Shown: positions 54,431 to 63,573 of the stretch, one piece after another
Layout of the letters: the number at the start of each line of letters is the position of its first letter
Numbering within the stretch: position 1 is the first letter of the stretch
DNA from: Spirochaetia bacterium
GTDB taxonomy: Bacteria > Spirochaetota > Spirochaetia > SZUA-6 > Bin103
NCBI GenBank assembly: GCA_965203515.1
Contig: OZ241907.1
Location: forward strand, 3,872,001 to 3,936,000
Reading direction: 5' to 3'
DNA: 64,000 nt
Notes under the pieces: generated by a model
Told to the model about the DNA's origin: nothing
Seen by the model: only the letters and a program-made list of their open reading frames with translations
Database searches by the model: none
Made by a program: the position numbers and the translations under genes

Positions 54431-57122
54431 GCTGGAAGGCGACGGCGCCGCTGCGGAGCTGTGCCGGCGTGTAGTTACCGGTCAGCGCCGCGGCGGCCAG
54501 CTCGGCCAGGCGGCGGCCCGCCCGCTCCGGCGAGCCGGCCTCGGCAAGCGCCAGATCGAAGCCGGGGGCGCCGGTCCCGCCGGTGACCTGCAGGACCGGC
54601 ACGAACGGGTGCGCGTGTATCGGCCGGCTCGGGCTGAACGCCACGATCAGCTCGGCGCCGGCGGCGGCCAGGCCGCCGGCGAGCTCGTCGACGTGGGCGG
54701 TCGGCGCCGCCATCAGGTGCAGGCCGGCGCCGGCCGGCCGCTCCGCGAAGCGGACCGTGGGCCGCGGCCGCTCCGCGGCCAAGTCGGCCAGCGCGTCCGG
54801 GGTCGGGCCGGCGGCCGGCGCGATGACCGTTCCCCCGCCGGCGGCCGCGGCGACCGCGAAGCCGGTCATCAGATCGGCCGCCGGGCCGGACAGCGCGCCC
54901 GCCGCAACGATCCCGATCGTTGGAACGATTTCGATCGTCGGAACGATTCCGATCGCCCGCACGGCGTCCCGGTGCGGAGCGCCGCGGCCGGCGGCCGCGG
55001 CGGCGAAGTAGGCGGCCACCCGCTCGGTCACCGCCGCGATGCCGCCGTCGAGCTGGATGCTCGCCCAGCCGAACCGGTCGGCCGGCTGACCGGCGGCGCG
55101 CAGGGCGGCTCGGAAGTAGTCGTTGTGCGTCCGCTCGCAGCCGTGCTCCAACAGCAGCGCGGTCGTCACCGCCGGGTGCAGCAGGTGACCGACCAGCGTG
55201 CGGGTGTAGAGATCGTCGCTCCCGCCCGACCCGCAGCCTTCGGTGTGCGGCAGGGCGACCACTCTCTCCAGCGATCCGCCGGCGATGCCGCGGCGTTCGA
55301 TCTGCGCGGCGATCAGGCCGGCGACCTGCCCGGAGCAGAGCGAGGTCGGCGTGATGAGGCCGATGCGGGGGCGCGTCCGCGGCCACGCCGGCGCCGGGAA
55401 GCGGCCGTGCCGGCGGTCGCGACGCGCGGCCGCCGGATCGAGCGCGGGCGCGGCGGCGATCGACCCGGCGGTTGCGGCGGCGTGGCCGGCCCGGGCGCCC
55501 GGTCGGCGCGCGCCGGGGCGGCGTCCGTCGAGCCCTTCGCCGACCGCCCAGTCCCGCCAGATGGAGACCTGGCTGTGGCCGGCCAGCTCCCCCTTGGTGC
55601 GCTCCCCGGAGGCGACGCGGAGCGTCTGGCGCAGCACCTCGTCGGCCAGCGCCGCCATCGGCTCGCCGTCCAGGTAGCGGCCCGCGTTCACGTCCATCTC
55701 GCGCGGCAGCAGCTCGTAGCGCGGGGTGGTGGTGACGAACTTCACGGTCGGCACGAACGGGAAGTTGGTGATCGATCCGTTGCCGGTCACGAAGAAGATC
55801 AGGTTGGCGCCGGAGGCGACCTGGCCGGCGACGCTCTCCAGATCGTTGCCGGGGCTGTCCATGAAGTGCAGCCCCGGTTCCGCGACCGGCGCCGCGTAGT
55901 CGACCACGCCGGCCAGCGGCACGTCCGGCGCCTTCTTGGCCGCCGCGCCGATCGACTTCAGGGTGATGTTGTAGAGGCCGCGCAGCTTGTTGCCGCCCGA
56001 AGGGTTGCCGGCCGCCGACTGCCCGTGGCGGGCGGTCCACGCCTTGAAGCGCTCCACCCGTTGCAGGAAGGCGGCGGCGGTCGGCCGGTCCTTGACCGAC
56101 GACAGCACGTAGCGCTCCGCGCCGATCAGCTCGTCGGTCTCCGCCAGGATGGCGCCGCCGCCGGCGGCGATCACCGCTCGCGCCACCGCGCCGGCCAGCG
56201 GGTTGCCCGATATGCCGGAGAACGCATCCGAGCCACCGCACTGCAGCGCGATGTTGAGCGCCGACAGCGGCAGCGCGCGCCGACGGGCGCCGGCCGCGGC
56301 GCGCAGCAGCGGCAGCACCGCCTCGTCGTCGACCGGGTCGCCGGCGGTCGCGGCGACGATCGGTACCCGGTCGAGCCGGCGCGCCCGCGCGGCGGCGCCG
56401 GCGGTCACGTCCGCCCACCGCACCGCGCCGGCCGGATGGTCGAGCACCACCGCGCCCGCCACGTTGGGGTGGACCAGGAAGCCGACCAGCGTGCGTTCGA
56501 GCAGCTCGCGGTTGTTCGGAGGATCGGGGCCGCCGCCTTCGGTATGCGCGACCGGCACCACGCCGTCGGTGACGCCCAGCGCGCGCGCGCGCCGGTTCAG
56601 TCGCGCGGCCAGCGCGACCGCGGCGGCACCCGCGTGCGAGTTGACCGCCAGCACGATCACGTAGTTGCGGGTGCCGGCGCCCCGCTCGCCGCGGTCGTAG
56701 CCGGAGAACCGCAGGTCCGCCGGCGCCGCGGGCAACGGCTCAGCCGGTGAAACGTCGTCCAGCCGCGCCGACTGCGCCAGCGGCTGGTCCCGGAAGTTGG
56801 CGTCGGCGGGGAGGTCGAGCGGCAGGTCGCGCTGCGCCAGGGCGTCGATCATGCCGGCGTTGCGGATCCATTCTCCGGGCTCGATATCGCGCAGCGCCCG
56901 CCCGAACGGATAGCCCCAGGAGAGCAACTCTTCCCCGCGCCGGATGCGCGTCACGGCGAACCGGTGCCCTTCGAGCACCGGGTGCGCCAGCCGCCACGTC
57001 CCGCCGTGACGGAGCTCCTGCCCGGCCGGCAGGGTGGAGAGCGCGATCGCCACGTTGTCCGCGTCGGCGGCCAGCCGCGCCGCAGCCGACAGCGCGACCG
57101 GCCGATCCGCGGGCAAGGTCAT
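54399..57122 (-). CDS. UxaA/GarD-family dehydratase (SAF + catalytic + extra partial domain)
   Basis: DNVAIAL, GTRNY, QCGGSDAFSG, GNPSGGN, KSIGA, MDSPGND. Confidence 0.85.
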   Translation of the reverse strand: MTLPADRPVALSAAARLAADADNVAIALSTLPAGQELRHGGTWRLAHPVLEGHRFAVTRIRRGEELLSWGYPFGRALRDIEPGEWIRNAGMIDALAQRDLPLDLPADANFRDQPLAQSARLDDVSPAEPLPAAPADLRFSGYDRGERGAGTRNYVIVLAVNSHAGAAAVALAARLNRRARALGVTDGVVPVAHTEGGGPDPPNNRELLERTLVGFLVHPNVAGAVVLDHPAGAVRWADVTAGAAARARRLDRVPIVAATAGDPVDDEAVLPLLRAAAGARRRALPLSALNIALQCGGSDAFSGISGNPLAGAVARAVIAAGGGAILAETDELIGAERYVLSSVKDRPTAAAFLQRVERFKAWTARHGQSAAGNPSGGNKLRGLYNITLKSIGAAAKKAPDVPLAGVVDYAAPVAEPGLHFMDSPGNDLESVAGQVASGANLIFFVTGNGSITNFPFVPTVKFVTTTPRYELLPREMDVNAGRYLDGEPMAALADEVLRQTLRVASGERTKGELAGHSQVSIWRDWAVGEGLDGRRPGARRPGARAGHAAATAGSIAAAPALDPAAARRDRRHGRFPAPAWPRTRPRIGLITPTSLCSGQVAGLIAAQIERRGIAGGSLERVVALPHTEGCGSGGSDDLYTRTLVGHLLHPAVTTALLLEHGCERTHNDYFRAALRAAGQPADRFGWASIQLDGGIAAVTERVAAYFAAAAAGRGAPHRDAVRAIGIVPTIEIVPTIGIVAAGALSGPAADLMTGFAVAAAAGGGTVIAPAAGPTPDALADLAAERPRPTVRFAERPAGAGLHLMAAPTAHVDELAGGLAAAGAELIVAFSPSRPIHAHPFVPVLQVTGGTGAPGFDLALAEAGSPERAGRRLAELAAAALTGNYTPAQLRSGAVAFQLTRGTAGVSL

Positions 57123-57154
57123 CCTGAACGTGCGCCGGCGGGGAGCGGCCGGCC

Positions 57155-57931
57155 TCAGGAAGGCTCGCCGGTCAGGAGCGCGTCGAACGCATCCCGGGCT
57201 CGCTGCAGCTCGGCCAGGAGGCCCATGAAGTCGCTGCCCTGGACCAGGAGCTGAGCGCCCTTGGCGTGCACGTCGGCGGTCGCGGCCACGTCGCCCGGCA
57301 GGCCCCACGCCTTGCCGTGCCGCTTGGCGGCGGCGGCCACCCGATCGGTAGCGGCTTCCAGATCCATCGCGCCCTGGTGGTATCGGAGGCGCAGGGTCAG
57401 GTCGGAGGGGCCGATGAACAGCCCGTCGACGCCGTCGACCGCCGCGATCGCGTCGGCGTTCTCGACCGCCTGCGGGGTCTCGATCTGCACCACCACGAAG
57501 GTCTCGCGATTGGCGGCCTCCGCGTAGTCCTCACCGGAGTCGAGGAAATAGTCGCCGTCCAGGCCGGCGCCATCCATGCCGCGGCTGCCGATCGGCGGGA
57601 ACTTGACCGCCTGCACGATCTGCCGCGCCCGCTCCGGGGTGTTGACCAGCGGAAACATCATCCCGGTCGCCCCGTCCTCCAGCACCCGGTAGAGCTGCGC
57701 GCCGTCGACCAGCGGGACCCGTACCATCACGTCGATGTCGACCAGATGGGACAGCGTCAGGAGCGCATGCAGCTCGCGCTGCTCCATGGCGCGGTGCTCC
57801 AGGTCGAGCCACACGCAGTCGAAGCCGAAGTGCGCGGCGTGGCGCAGGAAGGCCGGAATGAAGTGGCCCAGTCCGCAGATGCGCACCGCGCGGCCGGCGC
57901 GCAGCTTGGCCAAGGTGTTGCTGACTCTCAT
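57155..57931 (-). CDS. HpcH/HpaI-family aldolase
   Basis: WLDLEH, KFPPIGSRG, QIETP, FIGPSDL. Confidence 0.9.
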   Translation of the reverse strand: MRVSNTLAKLRAGRAVRICGLGHFIPAFLRHAAHFGFDCVWLDLEHRAMEQRELHALLTLSHLVDIDVMVRVPLVDGAQLYRVLEDGATGMMFPLVNTPERARQIVQAVKFPPIGSRGMDGAGLDGDYFLDSGEDYAEAANRETFVVVQIETPQAVENADAIAAVDGVDGLFIGPSDLTLRLRYHQGAMDLEAATDRVAAAAKRHGKAWGLPGDVAATADVHAKGAQLLVQGSDFMGLLAELQRARDAFDALLTGEPS

Positions 57932-57952
57932 GGTGAGCTCCTCTCGTCGTGA

Positions 57953-58252
57953 TCAGGTTTCGTCCACGAAGGGGATCTGGTTCGCTTCGCAGAACTTCCG
58001 GGCCCCGGCCAGGTAATCGTCGAACTGGCCGCGGTTCCGGCGCCGGCGCAGCAGCAGCGGCTCGATCTTGCCGCGCACGTGCAGCTCCAGCACGTCGTCG
58101 TCCACGAACCGGTAGAGCGCGAACGCGCGCTTCCTGACCAGCCGGAACCGCACCAGATCGTCGCGGGTCAGATTGTGGACCGCCGGCCGCTTCGCTTCCA
58201 TGTCGATCAGCACCAGCTCGGTCTTGTCGAAGGTGAGACGCGGGCGAACCAT
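57953..58252 (-). CDS. Hypothetical protein (99 aa)
   Basis: Globular-looking composition, fits the operon strand between known genes. Confidence 0.6.
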   Translation of the reverse strand: MVRPRLTFDKTELVLIDMEAKRPAVHNLTRDDLVRFRLVRKRAFALYRFVDDDVLELHVRGKIEPLLLRRRRNRGQFDDYLAGARKFCEANQIPFVDET

Positions 58253-58280
58253 GCCGTACCGTACCCGACGCGGCGCCCCG

Positions 58281-58607
58281 CTAGCGATCCCCGGCGTCGG
58301 CGCCCGTACCCGCGCCGGTACCCGCGCCCCCACCGGGAACGGAGGTGAGCTTGGGGTCCCACGCCGCGGTCAGCTCGGCGATCACCTCGTCCAGCACCTG
58401 CCGGGCGCTGCCGGCGCGCGTGGCGCGGCGGCTCCACTTCCACTGCTCCAGGTAGGCGTCGCTGCCGGCCAGACCCTCCCGCATGGCGACGCGGTCGATC
58501 TCCGTCTGGTACCGGCCGGGCATCGGCGCCGACAGCGTGCCCTCCTCCCCGTACGCCTTCACCTGCGCGGGAATGCCGCGCCACGACAGCACCCGGTACT
58601 CAGCCAT
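58281..58607 (-). CDS. 'Virulence factor' (Cvf-like) small domain protein of corrinoid methyltransferase clusters
   Basis: WRGIPAQVK, IDRVAM, YLEQWKW. Confidence 0.75.
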   Translation of the reverse strand: MAEYRVLSWRGIPAQVKAYGEEGTLSAPMPGRYQTEIDRVAMREGLAGSDAYLEQWKWSRRATRAGSARQVLDEVIAELTAAWDPKLTSVPGGGAGTGAGTGADAGDR

Positions 58608-59646
58608 CGGCGCCCTCGTTCAGGTGCCCCCGGCGATGCGCGCGCAGGAACGCCTTGCATCGCTGGTCGCGGCCCAGCAGCAGATCCTCGGTCATCCGGT
58701 AGCGGACCGACGCGCGGTCCATGCCGTGCACCTCGTCGAGGTGGCTGGTCACCGGATCGACGATGCCGGAGTCGGCGCCGGCCTCGATCGCCAGCAACAG
58801 GAAGACGTCGTTGATCAGCCGCCGCTGCGGCATGCCGAAGGAGACGTTGCTGAAGCCGCCGGTGATGTGGATGGCGGGGCCGAAGCGCTCGCGGATCGTG
58901 CGGATGGCGTCCAGGCAGTGGTTGCCGAAGTCGATGTCGACCGAGATCGGAAAGACCAGCGGATCGACGAAGATGTCGCCGGCCGCGATCCCCTTGTCGA
59001 GCGCCGCCCGAATGATCCGGCTGGCGTTGTCGACCCGTTCGCCGGCGCCGGCCGGCATGCCGGAGTCGCCGGCCGCGGTCACCACCACGCGCGTGTCGAA
59101 GCGCGTGACGTCGTCCAGCACTTCGATCCGCTCCAACGACGCCGAGTTCAGCAGCGGCCGGCCCGCCCGCGCCCCGTCGACCGCCGCCAGGCCGGTGCGG
59201 ATCGTGTCGCCGTTGGACGAATCGATCGACAGCGGCGTCGATCCGGCCGCCTGCACCATCTCCGCCAGCCACGCCATGGCGCGCTGCTGCTCCTGGGGCT
59301 TGAGCGACACCTCGTCGACGTTGAGGTCGAGGTAGTGCGCGCCGGCCCGTTCCTGGCGGTCGACCAGCGTCAGCAGGTACTCGCGCGCGACCGGGGCGTC
59401 CGGCCCGCCGGCCATCGCCGTCCGCACCGCAATCCCCACGTGCTTGACGCGCCCCTCATCGTAGTCCTGCCGCGCTTTGTCGGCGTCGGGAATCGGCAGG
59501 TAGCGGCCGGCGCCGCTGCGGTCCCTGAAGCGGACCGACTCGCGGCCGTCGGGCGCCTCCGCGATGCGCCGGCCGCGGCGCAGCAACACGCGCGTGGTGT
59601 GTATGTTCTCGCCGATCGTCGTGAACCGTCGGTTGTCGTCGCCCAA
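58600..59646 (-). CDS. Pterin-binding methyltetrahydrofolate:corrinoid methyltransferase
   Basis: IGENIH, YLDLNVD, LSIDSS, LLNS, FVDPLVFP, GGFSNVSFGMP; TTG start with AGGAG RBS. Confidence 0.87.
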   Translation of the reverse strand: MGDDNRRFTTIGENIHTTRVLLRRGRRIAEAPDGRESVRFRDRSGAGRYLPIPDADKARQDYDEGRVKHVGIAVRTAMAGGPDAPVAREYLLTLVDRQERAGAHYLDLNVDEVSLKPQEQQRAMAWLAEMVQAAGSTPLSIDSSNGDTIRTGLAAVDGARAGRPLLNSASLERIEVLDDVTRFDTRVVVTAAGDSGMPAGAGERVDNASRIIRAALDKGIAAGDIFVDPLVFPISVDIDFGNHCLDAIRTIRERFGPAIHITGGFSNVSFGMPQRRLINDVFLLLAIEAGADSGIVDPVTSHLDEVHGMDRASVRYRMTEDLLLGRDQRCKAFLRAHRRGHLNEGADG

Positions 59647-59679
59647 TGCAGATGCTCCTGTGTGTGACTCTCGCCGCGC

Positions 59680-61689
59680 TCAACGCGCCTTGGCGTCGAG
59701 CCGCATCGGCTCGAAGCGGCAGCCGTCGACGAAGAGATCGAAGAAGTCCGGTTCCAGCTCCAGCTCCACGTGCTCGATGCGCTGCGTCAACGCGTCGATG
59801 CGCTGCCGTTCCGCTGCCGAGAGTAGCGCGATTCGCGCCCCTTCGACCGCGGCATTGCCGACCTTCTCGATACGCTCGACCGGAACGGGCGCCAGCATGC
59901 CGATGTCGATGGCGTTGCGCGGATCGACGAAGGTGGCAAAGCCGCCGGCCAGATAGAGACGGTCGAGGCCCGCCGGCTCGATGCCGAAGTGGCGCATGGC
60001 GATCACCTGACCGCAGTAGTTGGCCGCCTTCGCCTGCGCCAGGGCGCTGGCGTCGGCCCGCGAGAAGGTGATGCCGCCCGGCGCTACGTCGATCTCCCGG
60101 AGCCGCCGGTCCGCGGTGAAGACGCCCTTGGGCGTGATCAGGCCGTGCCGGCGCAGCTCCGCGATCAGGTCGATCAGGCCGGACCCGCAGATCCCTTCCG
60201 GCGGCGCGCCGCCGATGGTGCGGAAGGAAAAGCGATCGCCCTCCCGGACCAGCGATTCGATGGCGCCGTCGTAGGCCGGCATGCCGTAGGCGATCTGCCC
60301 GCCCTCGAAGGCGGGGCCGGCCGGGCACGAGGCGGCGATCATCCGATTCCGGTGGCCGACCACCACCTCGGTGTTGGTGCCGACGTCGACCAGCATCACC
60401 GGGCGGTCGAGGTCGGCCATGCCGATCGCCAGCAGGCACGCGGCCGTATCGGCGCCGACGTGGCTGCCGATGATCGGCAGCCCGATGGCCCGGGCGCGCG
60501 GGTTGAGGTGGAGGCCGAGACGCCGCGCGGGGGCTTCCAGCGCCGTGGTAGCGCGGCGGCCGGCGCGGAAGTCGGCCTCCACCGATGACCGGTACGGCCG
60601 CTGGCCCAGCCCCTGCACGTCGAGCCCGAACAGGATGTCGCGCATGGTCGGGTTGCCGGCCACGACGATCTGCGTGATCGAGGTGCGCCGGAAGCCGCAG
60701 GACCGCGCCACCGTGCGTATCTCGGTATTGATGGCGCTGGCGATCGCGTGTTGCAGCTCGCCGGTGAAGGCGCCGGCCGCGTAGGAGATGCGGTGCATGA
60801 TGTCGCTGCCGGCGAACCCCTGCGGATTGGCGAAGGAGGCGGTGACGATGGTCGCCTCCGCCTGCAGGTCGACGACCTCGATCACCACGGTGGTGGTGCC
60901 CAGGTCGATGGCAAGCCCCAGCTCGCGGCCGCGGAAGCGGTCGCGGACCGCGCCGGCCGCTCCCGAACGGGCCGCTCCCGAACCGTCCCCCGGCTCCGGG
61001 TCGATCGTCCGCTCCCGGCCGGTGCGGTTCTGGCCGGTGCGGCTGCCGCCGGTCAGGATGCGCGGCGAGCGCCGCAACGGCTGGAACGCCACCTCGGCGG
61101 AGAGGTCGGTCACCTCGGTCTGGCAGGCCAGCCGGAACGGGTCCTGCAGGAAGCGCTCCGCTTCGGCGCGCGGGCTCAGCGCGGACAGGCCGGCGTCGAT
61201 CCGCACCACGCACTCATGGCAGATGCCGCTGCGCGCGCACGAGCTCGGCACGCGGGTGGCGGCGCGGTCGGCGTAATCGAACAGGGTCGCGCCGGCGACC
61301 GGCCCGAGCCGCTCGGCGCCGCAGGCGACGGTTCCCGAGCCGTGCTCGCCGGAGCCGTGCTCGCCGGAGCCGTGATCGGCCGTGGCCGGATCGGGCTGGC
61401 CGCCGCCGGCCGCGGCCGGCTCCGTTTCCCAGGCGCTGCGGTAGTCGAGCCGGTCGTCGCCGGCGCACAGGAAGCGGGGCCGGTCCGGGCCATGCTCGAA
61501 GCGGGGGTCCCCGGCCGGGGGCCGGCGCTGGTTGCGGCAGCCGAACGCGGCGGTGCACCGGTCGTGACGGTCCTTGTAGGGACAGCGCCACTGCGCCTGC
61601 GCGTCGGCGTGGTCGGCGATCGTCGCCAACACCGAACTGAGGCGGTCCAGGCGCTCCTGCCAAGCGTCCGCGTCGAGCCCTGCGGCCAC
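59680..61689 (-). CDS. ASKHA-type reductive activator of corrinoid proteins (RACo/DUF4445) with 2Fe-2S domain
   Basis: CARSGICHEC..RLACQ, AIDLGTTT, DVGTNTE, GPAFEGG, ICGSG, LAGGF. Confidence 0.9.
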   Translation of the reverse strand: MAAGLDADAWQERLDRLSSVLATIADHADAQAQWRCPYKDRHDRCTAAFGCRNQRRPPAGDPRFEHGPDRPRFLCAGDDRLDYRSAWETEPAAAGGGQPDPATADHGSGEHGSGEHGSGTVACGAERLGPVAGATLFDYADRAATRVPSSCARSGICHECVVRIDAGLSALSPRAEAERFLQDPFRLACQTEVTDLSAEVAFQPLRRSPRILTGGSRTGQNRTGRERTIDPEPGDGSGAARSGAAGAVRDRFRGRELGLAIDLGTTTVVIEVVDLQAEATIVTASFANPQGFAGSDIMHRISYAAGAFTGELQHAIASAINTEIRTVARSCGFRRTSITQIVVAGNPTMRDILFGLDVQGLGQRPYRSSVEADFRAGRRATTALEAPARRLGLHLNPRARAIGLPIIGSHVGADTAACLLAIGMADLDRPVMLVDVGTNTEVVVGHRNRMIAASCPAGPAFEGGQIAYGMPAYDGAIESLVREGDRFSFRTIGGAPPEGICGSGLIDLIAELRRHGLITPKGVFTADRRLREIDVAPGGITFSRADASALAQAKAANYCGQVIAMRHFGIEPAGLDRLYLAGGFATFVDPRNAIDIGMLAPVPVERIEKVGNAAVEGARIALLSAAERQRIDALTQRIEHVELELEPDFFDLFVDGCRFEPMRLDAKAR

Positions 61690-61726
61690 GGAGGCGCCGC
61701 CGCGCGCGGCGCCGGACGCCTGCGGC

Positions 61727-62488
61727 TCAGTCGTCGCTCCGCTCCCGCTCGGTCATCAGCCGCTTCGCCAGCTCCACGCACTCCACCGCGTCCTTGCCGT
61801 AGCCGTCGGCGCCCATGTCGTCGGCGAACTCCTGCGTGACCGGGGCGCCGCCCACCATGATCTGCACGTCGTCGCGCAGGTCCGCGTCGATGAATGCCTC
61901 GATCGTCTTGCCCATGTTGGGCATGGTGGTGGTCAGCAGCGCCGACATGCCGAGCAGCGGCGCCTGATGCTCCTCGACCGCGTCGATGAACTCGTCGTCG
62001 GAGGTGTCGACGCCCAGGTCGATCACCACGAAGCCGGCGCCCCGCAGCATCATGATGCAGAGGTTCTTGCCGATGTCGTGCAGGTCGCCCTTGACGGTGC
62101 CCATCACCACCGTGCCCTGCGGCGGCACGCCGGACTCCGACAGGATCGGCTCGATGTGCGTCATGCCGGCTTTCATGGCGCGCGCGCATGCCAGCACCTC
62201 CGGCACGAAGATGATGTTCTCGCGGAACTTGATGCCGACGATCCCCATGCCGGCGATCAGGCCGTCGTCCATGATCTCCAGCGCGGTGATCCCGTCGTCG
62301 AGCGCCTTCCTGGTCAGCTCGTCGACGTCGTCGTCCTCGCCTTCGATGAGCGCTGCCGAGATCTCCTGCATCGCCGGCCGCGCCCGCGCGAAGGTTTCGA
62401 TCATGCGCTCGCGCTCGTCGGGCCGTTCGATGAACTCCTCGATCTCGGAACGGATCAGCTCGTTGCCTATGTCGTCGATCTGCGCCAT
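61727..62488 (-). CDS. Methyltransferase corrinoid (B12-binding) protein
   Basis: B12 cap FVPEVL; GDLHDIGKN, SALLTTT, MVGGAP. Confidence 0.93.
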   Translation of the reverse strand: MAQIDDIGNELIRSEIEEFIERPDERERMIETFARARPAMQEISAALIEGEDDDVDELTRKALDDGITALEIMDDGLIAGMGIVGIKFRENIIFVPEVLACARAMKAGMTHIEPILSESGVPPQGTVVMGTVKGDLHDIGKNLCIMMLRGAGFVVIDLGVDTSDDEFIDAVEEHQAPLLGMSALLTTTMPNMGKTIEAFIDADLRDDVQIMVGGAPVTQEFADDMGADGYGKDAVECVELAKRLMTERERSDD

Positions 62489-62502
62489 GTGTGGTTTCCG
62501 TA

Positions 62503-62536
62503 TGTCCAGCCGTGCGTGATTGTCCAGCCGTGCGTG
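62503..62536. repeat. 18-nt-period intergenic tandem duplication
   Basis: TGTCCAGCCGTGCGTG at 62503 and 62521. Confidence 0.85.
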
Positions 62537-62539
62537 CTG

Positions 62540-63559
62540 TCAGCTTTGGTGCTGCCGCGTCCAGTCGGCGATCGCGGCCGGGATCGCCTTGAGATTCTCG
62601 AGCGGCGTCTGCAGCGGGATCGCGCACTCCGGGCCGACCAGCTTGATGCCGGCATCGAGGTTCTTGCGCACCTCCGCCTGCACCTCCTCCGGCCCGCGCG
62701 CGAACAACGTCTCCGGGTTGTTGACGTTGCCGACCAGCGCGATGCGGTCGCCGACCACTCCCATCGATTCCGCCGGGTCGTTCTTGGAGTCGTAGTGGAA
62801 GGCGGCGAAGCCGGTCTCCGCTATGTAGCTCATCCGATCGATCGTCTTGCCGCAGATGTGCAGGATGAGCGGAATCGGGATGCGGCCCACCAACTCGAGG
62901 TGCAGGTCGCGCAGGTAGCGCCGGTAGTAATCGCCCGACACCAGGTCGCCGGTGGCGTGATCGGGCAGCGTGAGCGCGTCGGCGCCCGCCTCGATCTGGG
63001 CGACGCCGAAGGCGACGGTCGCTTCCTTGAGCCGGTCCAGGATCAGCTTGGTCGCGTCGGGATCGTCCAGGGAGAGCAGCAGGAACCGCTCGACGCCGAA
63101 GCAGTGGTAGGCCAGCGACCACGGCCCCATCGTCTTGCCGACCACCGCCGCCTCGTCGCCGTACTCCGCCTTCAGCCGGCGGATCGCGTCGAGCACGCAG
63201 GCGGTGTCCGGGTGGGTCAGGAAGTCAGGCGGAATGACGATGTCGTCCGCCGTCTCCCAGATCGGCTCGCTCATCTTCACGGTCGGCCAGTTGTCCTTCT
63301 GCTCCCACTGGATCTTGCAGCCCAGCGCCGAGGAATCCTGGATGATGGTGAAGACCGGCATGATCGTGTCGAAGCCGAGTTCGGTGTAGCTGGTGGCGGC
63401 CAGGCGCGCCATCATCTCGCCGTCGCGGTTCGCCTGGGGAAACGGCGCGTCGACCAGGTCCATCAACTCCACGGTAGCGACCGACGTCGGGTTGCACACC
63501 GCCGGGCGGTCGACCGGTTCGCCGCGAAACGCCGCCAGTATCCGTTCCCTGCCTGTCAT
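62540..63559 (-). CDS. MtaA/CmuA-family (UroD-fold) corrinoid methyltransferase
   Basis: MTGRERILAAFRGEPVDR, Zn motif LHICG ... GPEC, GNVNN. Confidence 0.88.
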   Translation of the reverse strand: MTGRERILAAFRGEPVDRPAVCNPTSVATVELMDLVDAPFPQANRDGEMMARLAATSYTELGFDTIMPVFTIIQDSSALGCKIQWEQKDNWPTVKMSEPIWETADDIVIPPDFLTHPDTACVLDAIRRLKAEYGDEAAVVGKTMGPWSLAYHCFGVERFLLLSLDDPDATKLILDRLKEATVAFGVAQIEAGADALTLPDHATGDLVSGDYYRRYLRDLHLELVGRIPIPLILHICGKTIDRMSYIAETGFAAFHYDSKNDPAESMGVVGDRIALVGNVNNPETLFARGPEEVQAEVRKNLDAGIKLVGPECAIPLQTPLENLKAIPAAIADWTRQHQS

Positions 63560-63573
63560 TCGATCCCCTCCGT

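Noticed and set aside
62489..62540. Possible cobalamin riboswitch within the corrinoid cluster
   Set aside because: Intergenic gaps are too short and no B12-box is visible; the cluster's 5' end lies outside the window.
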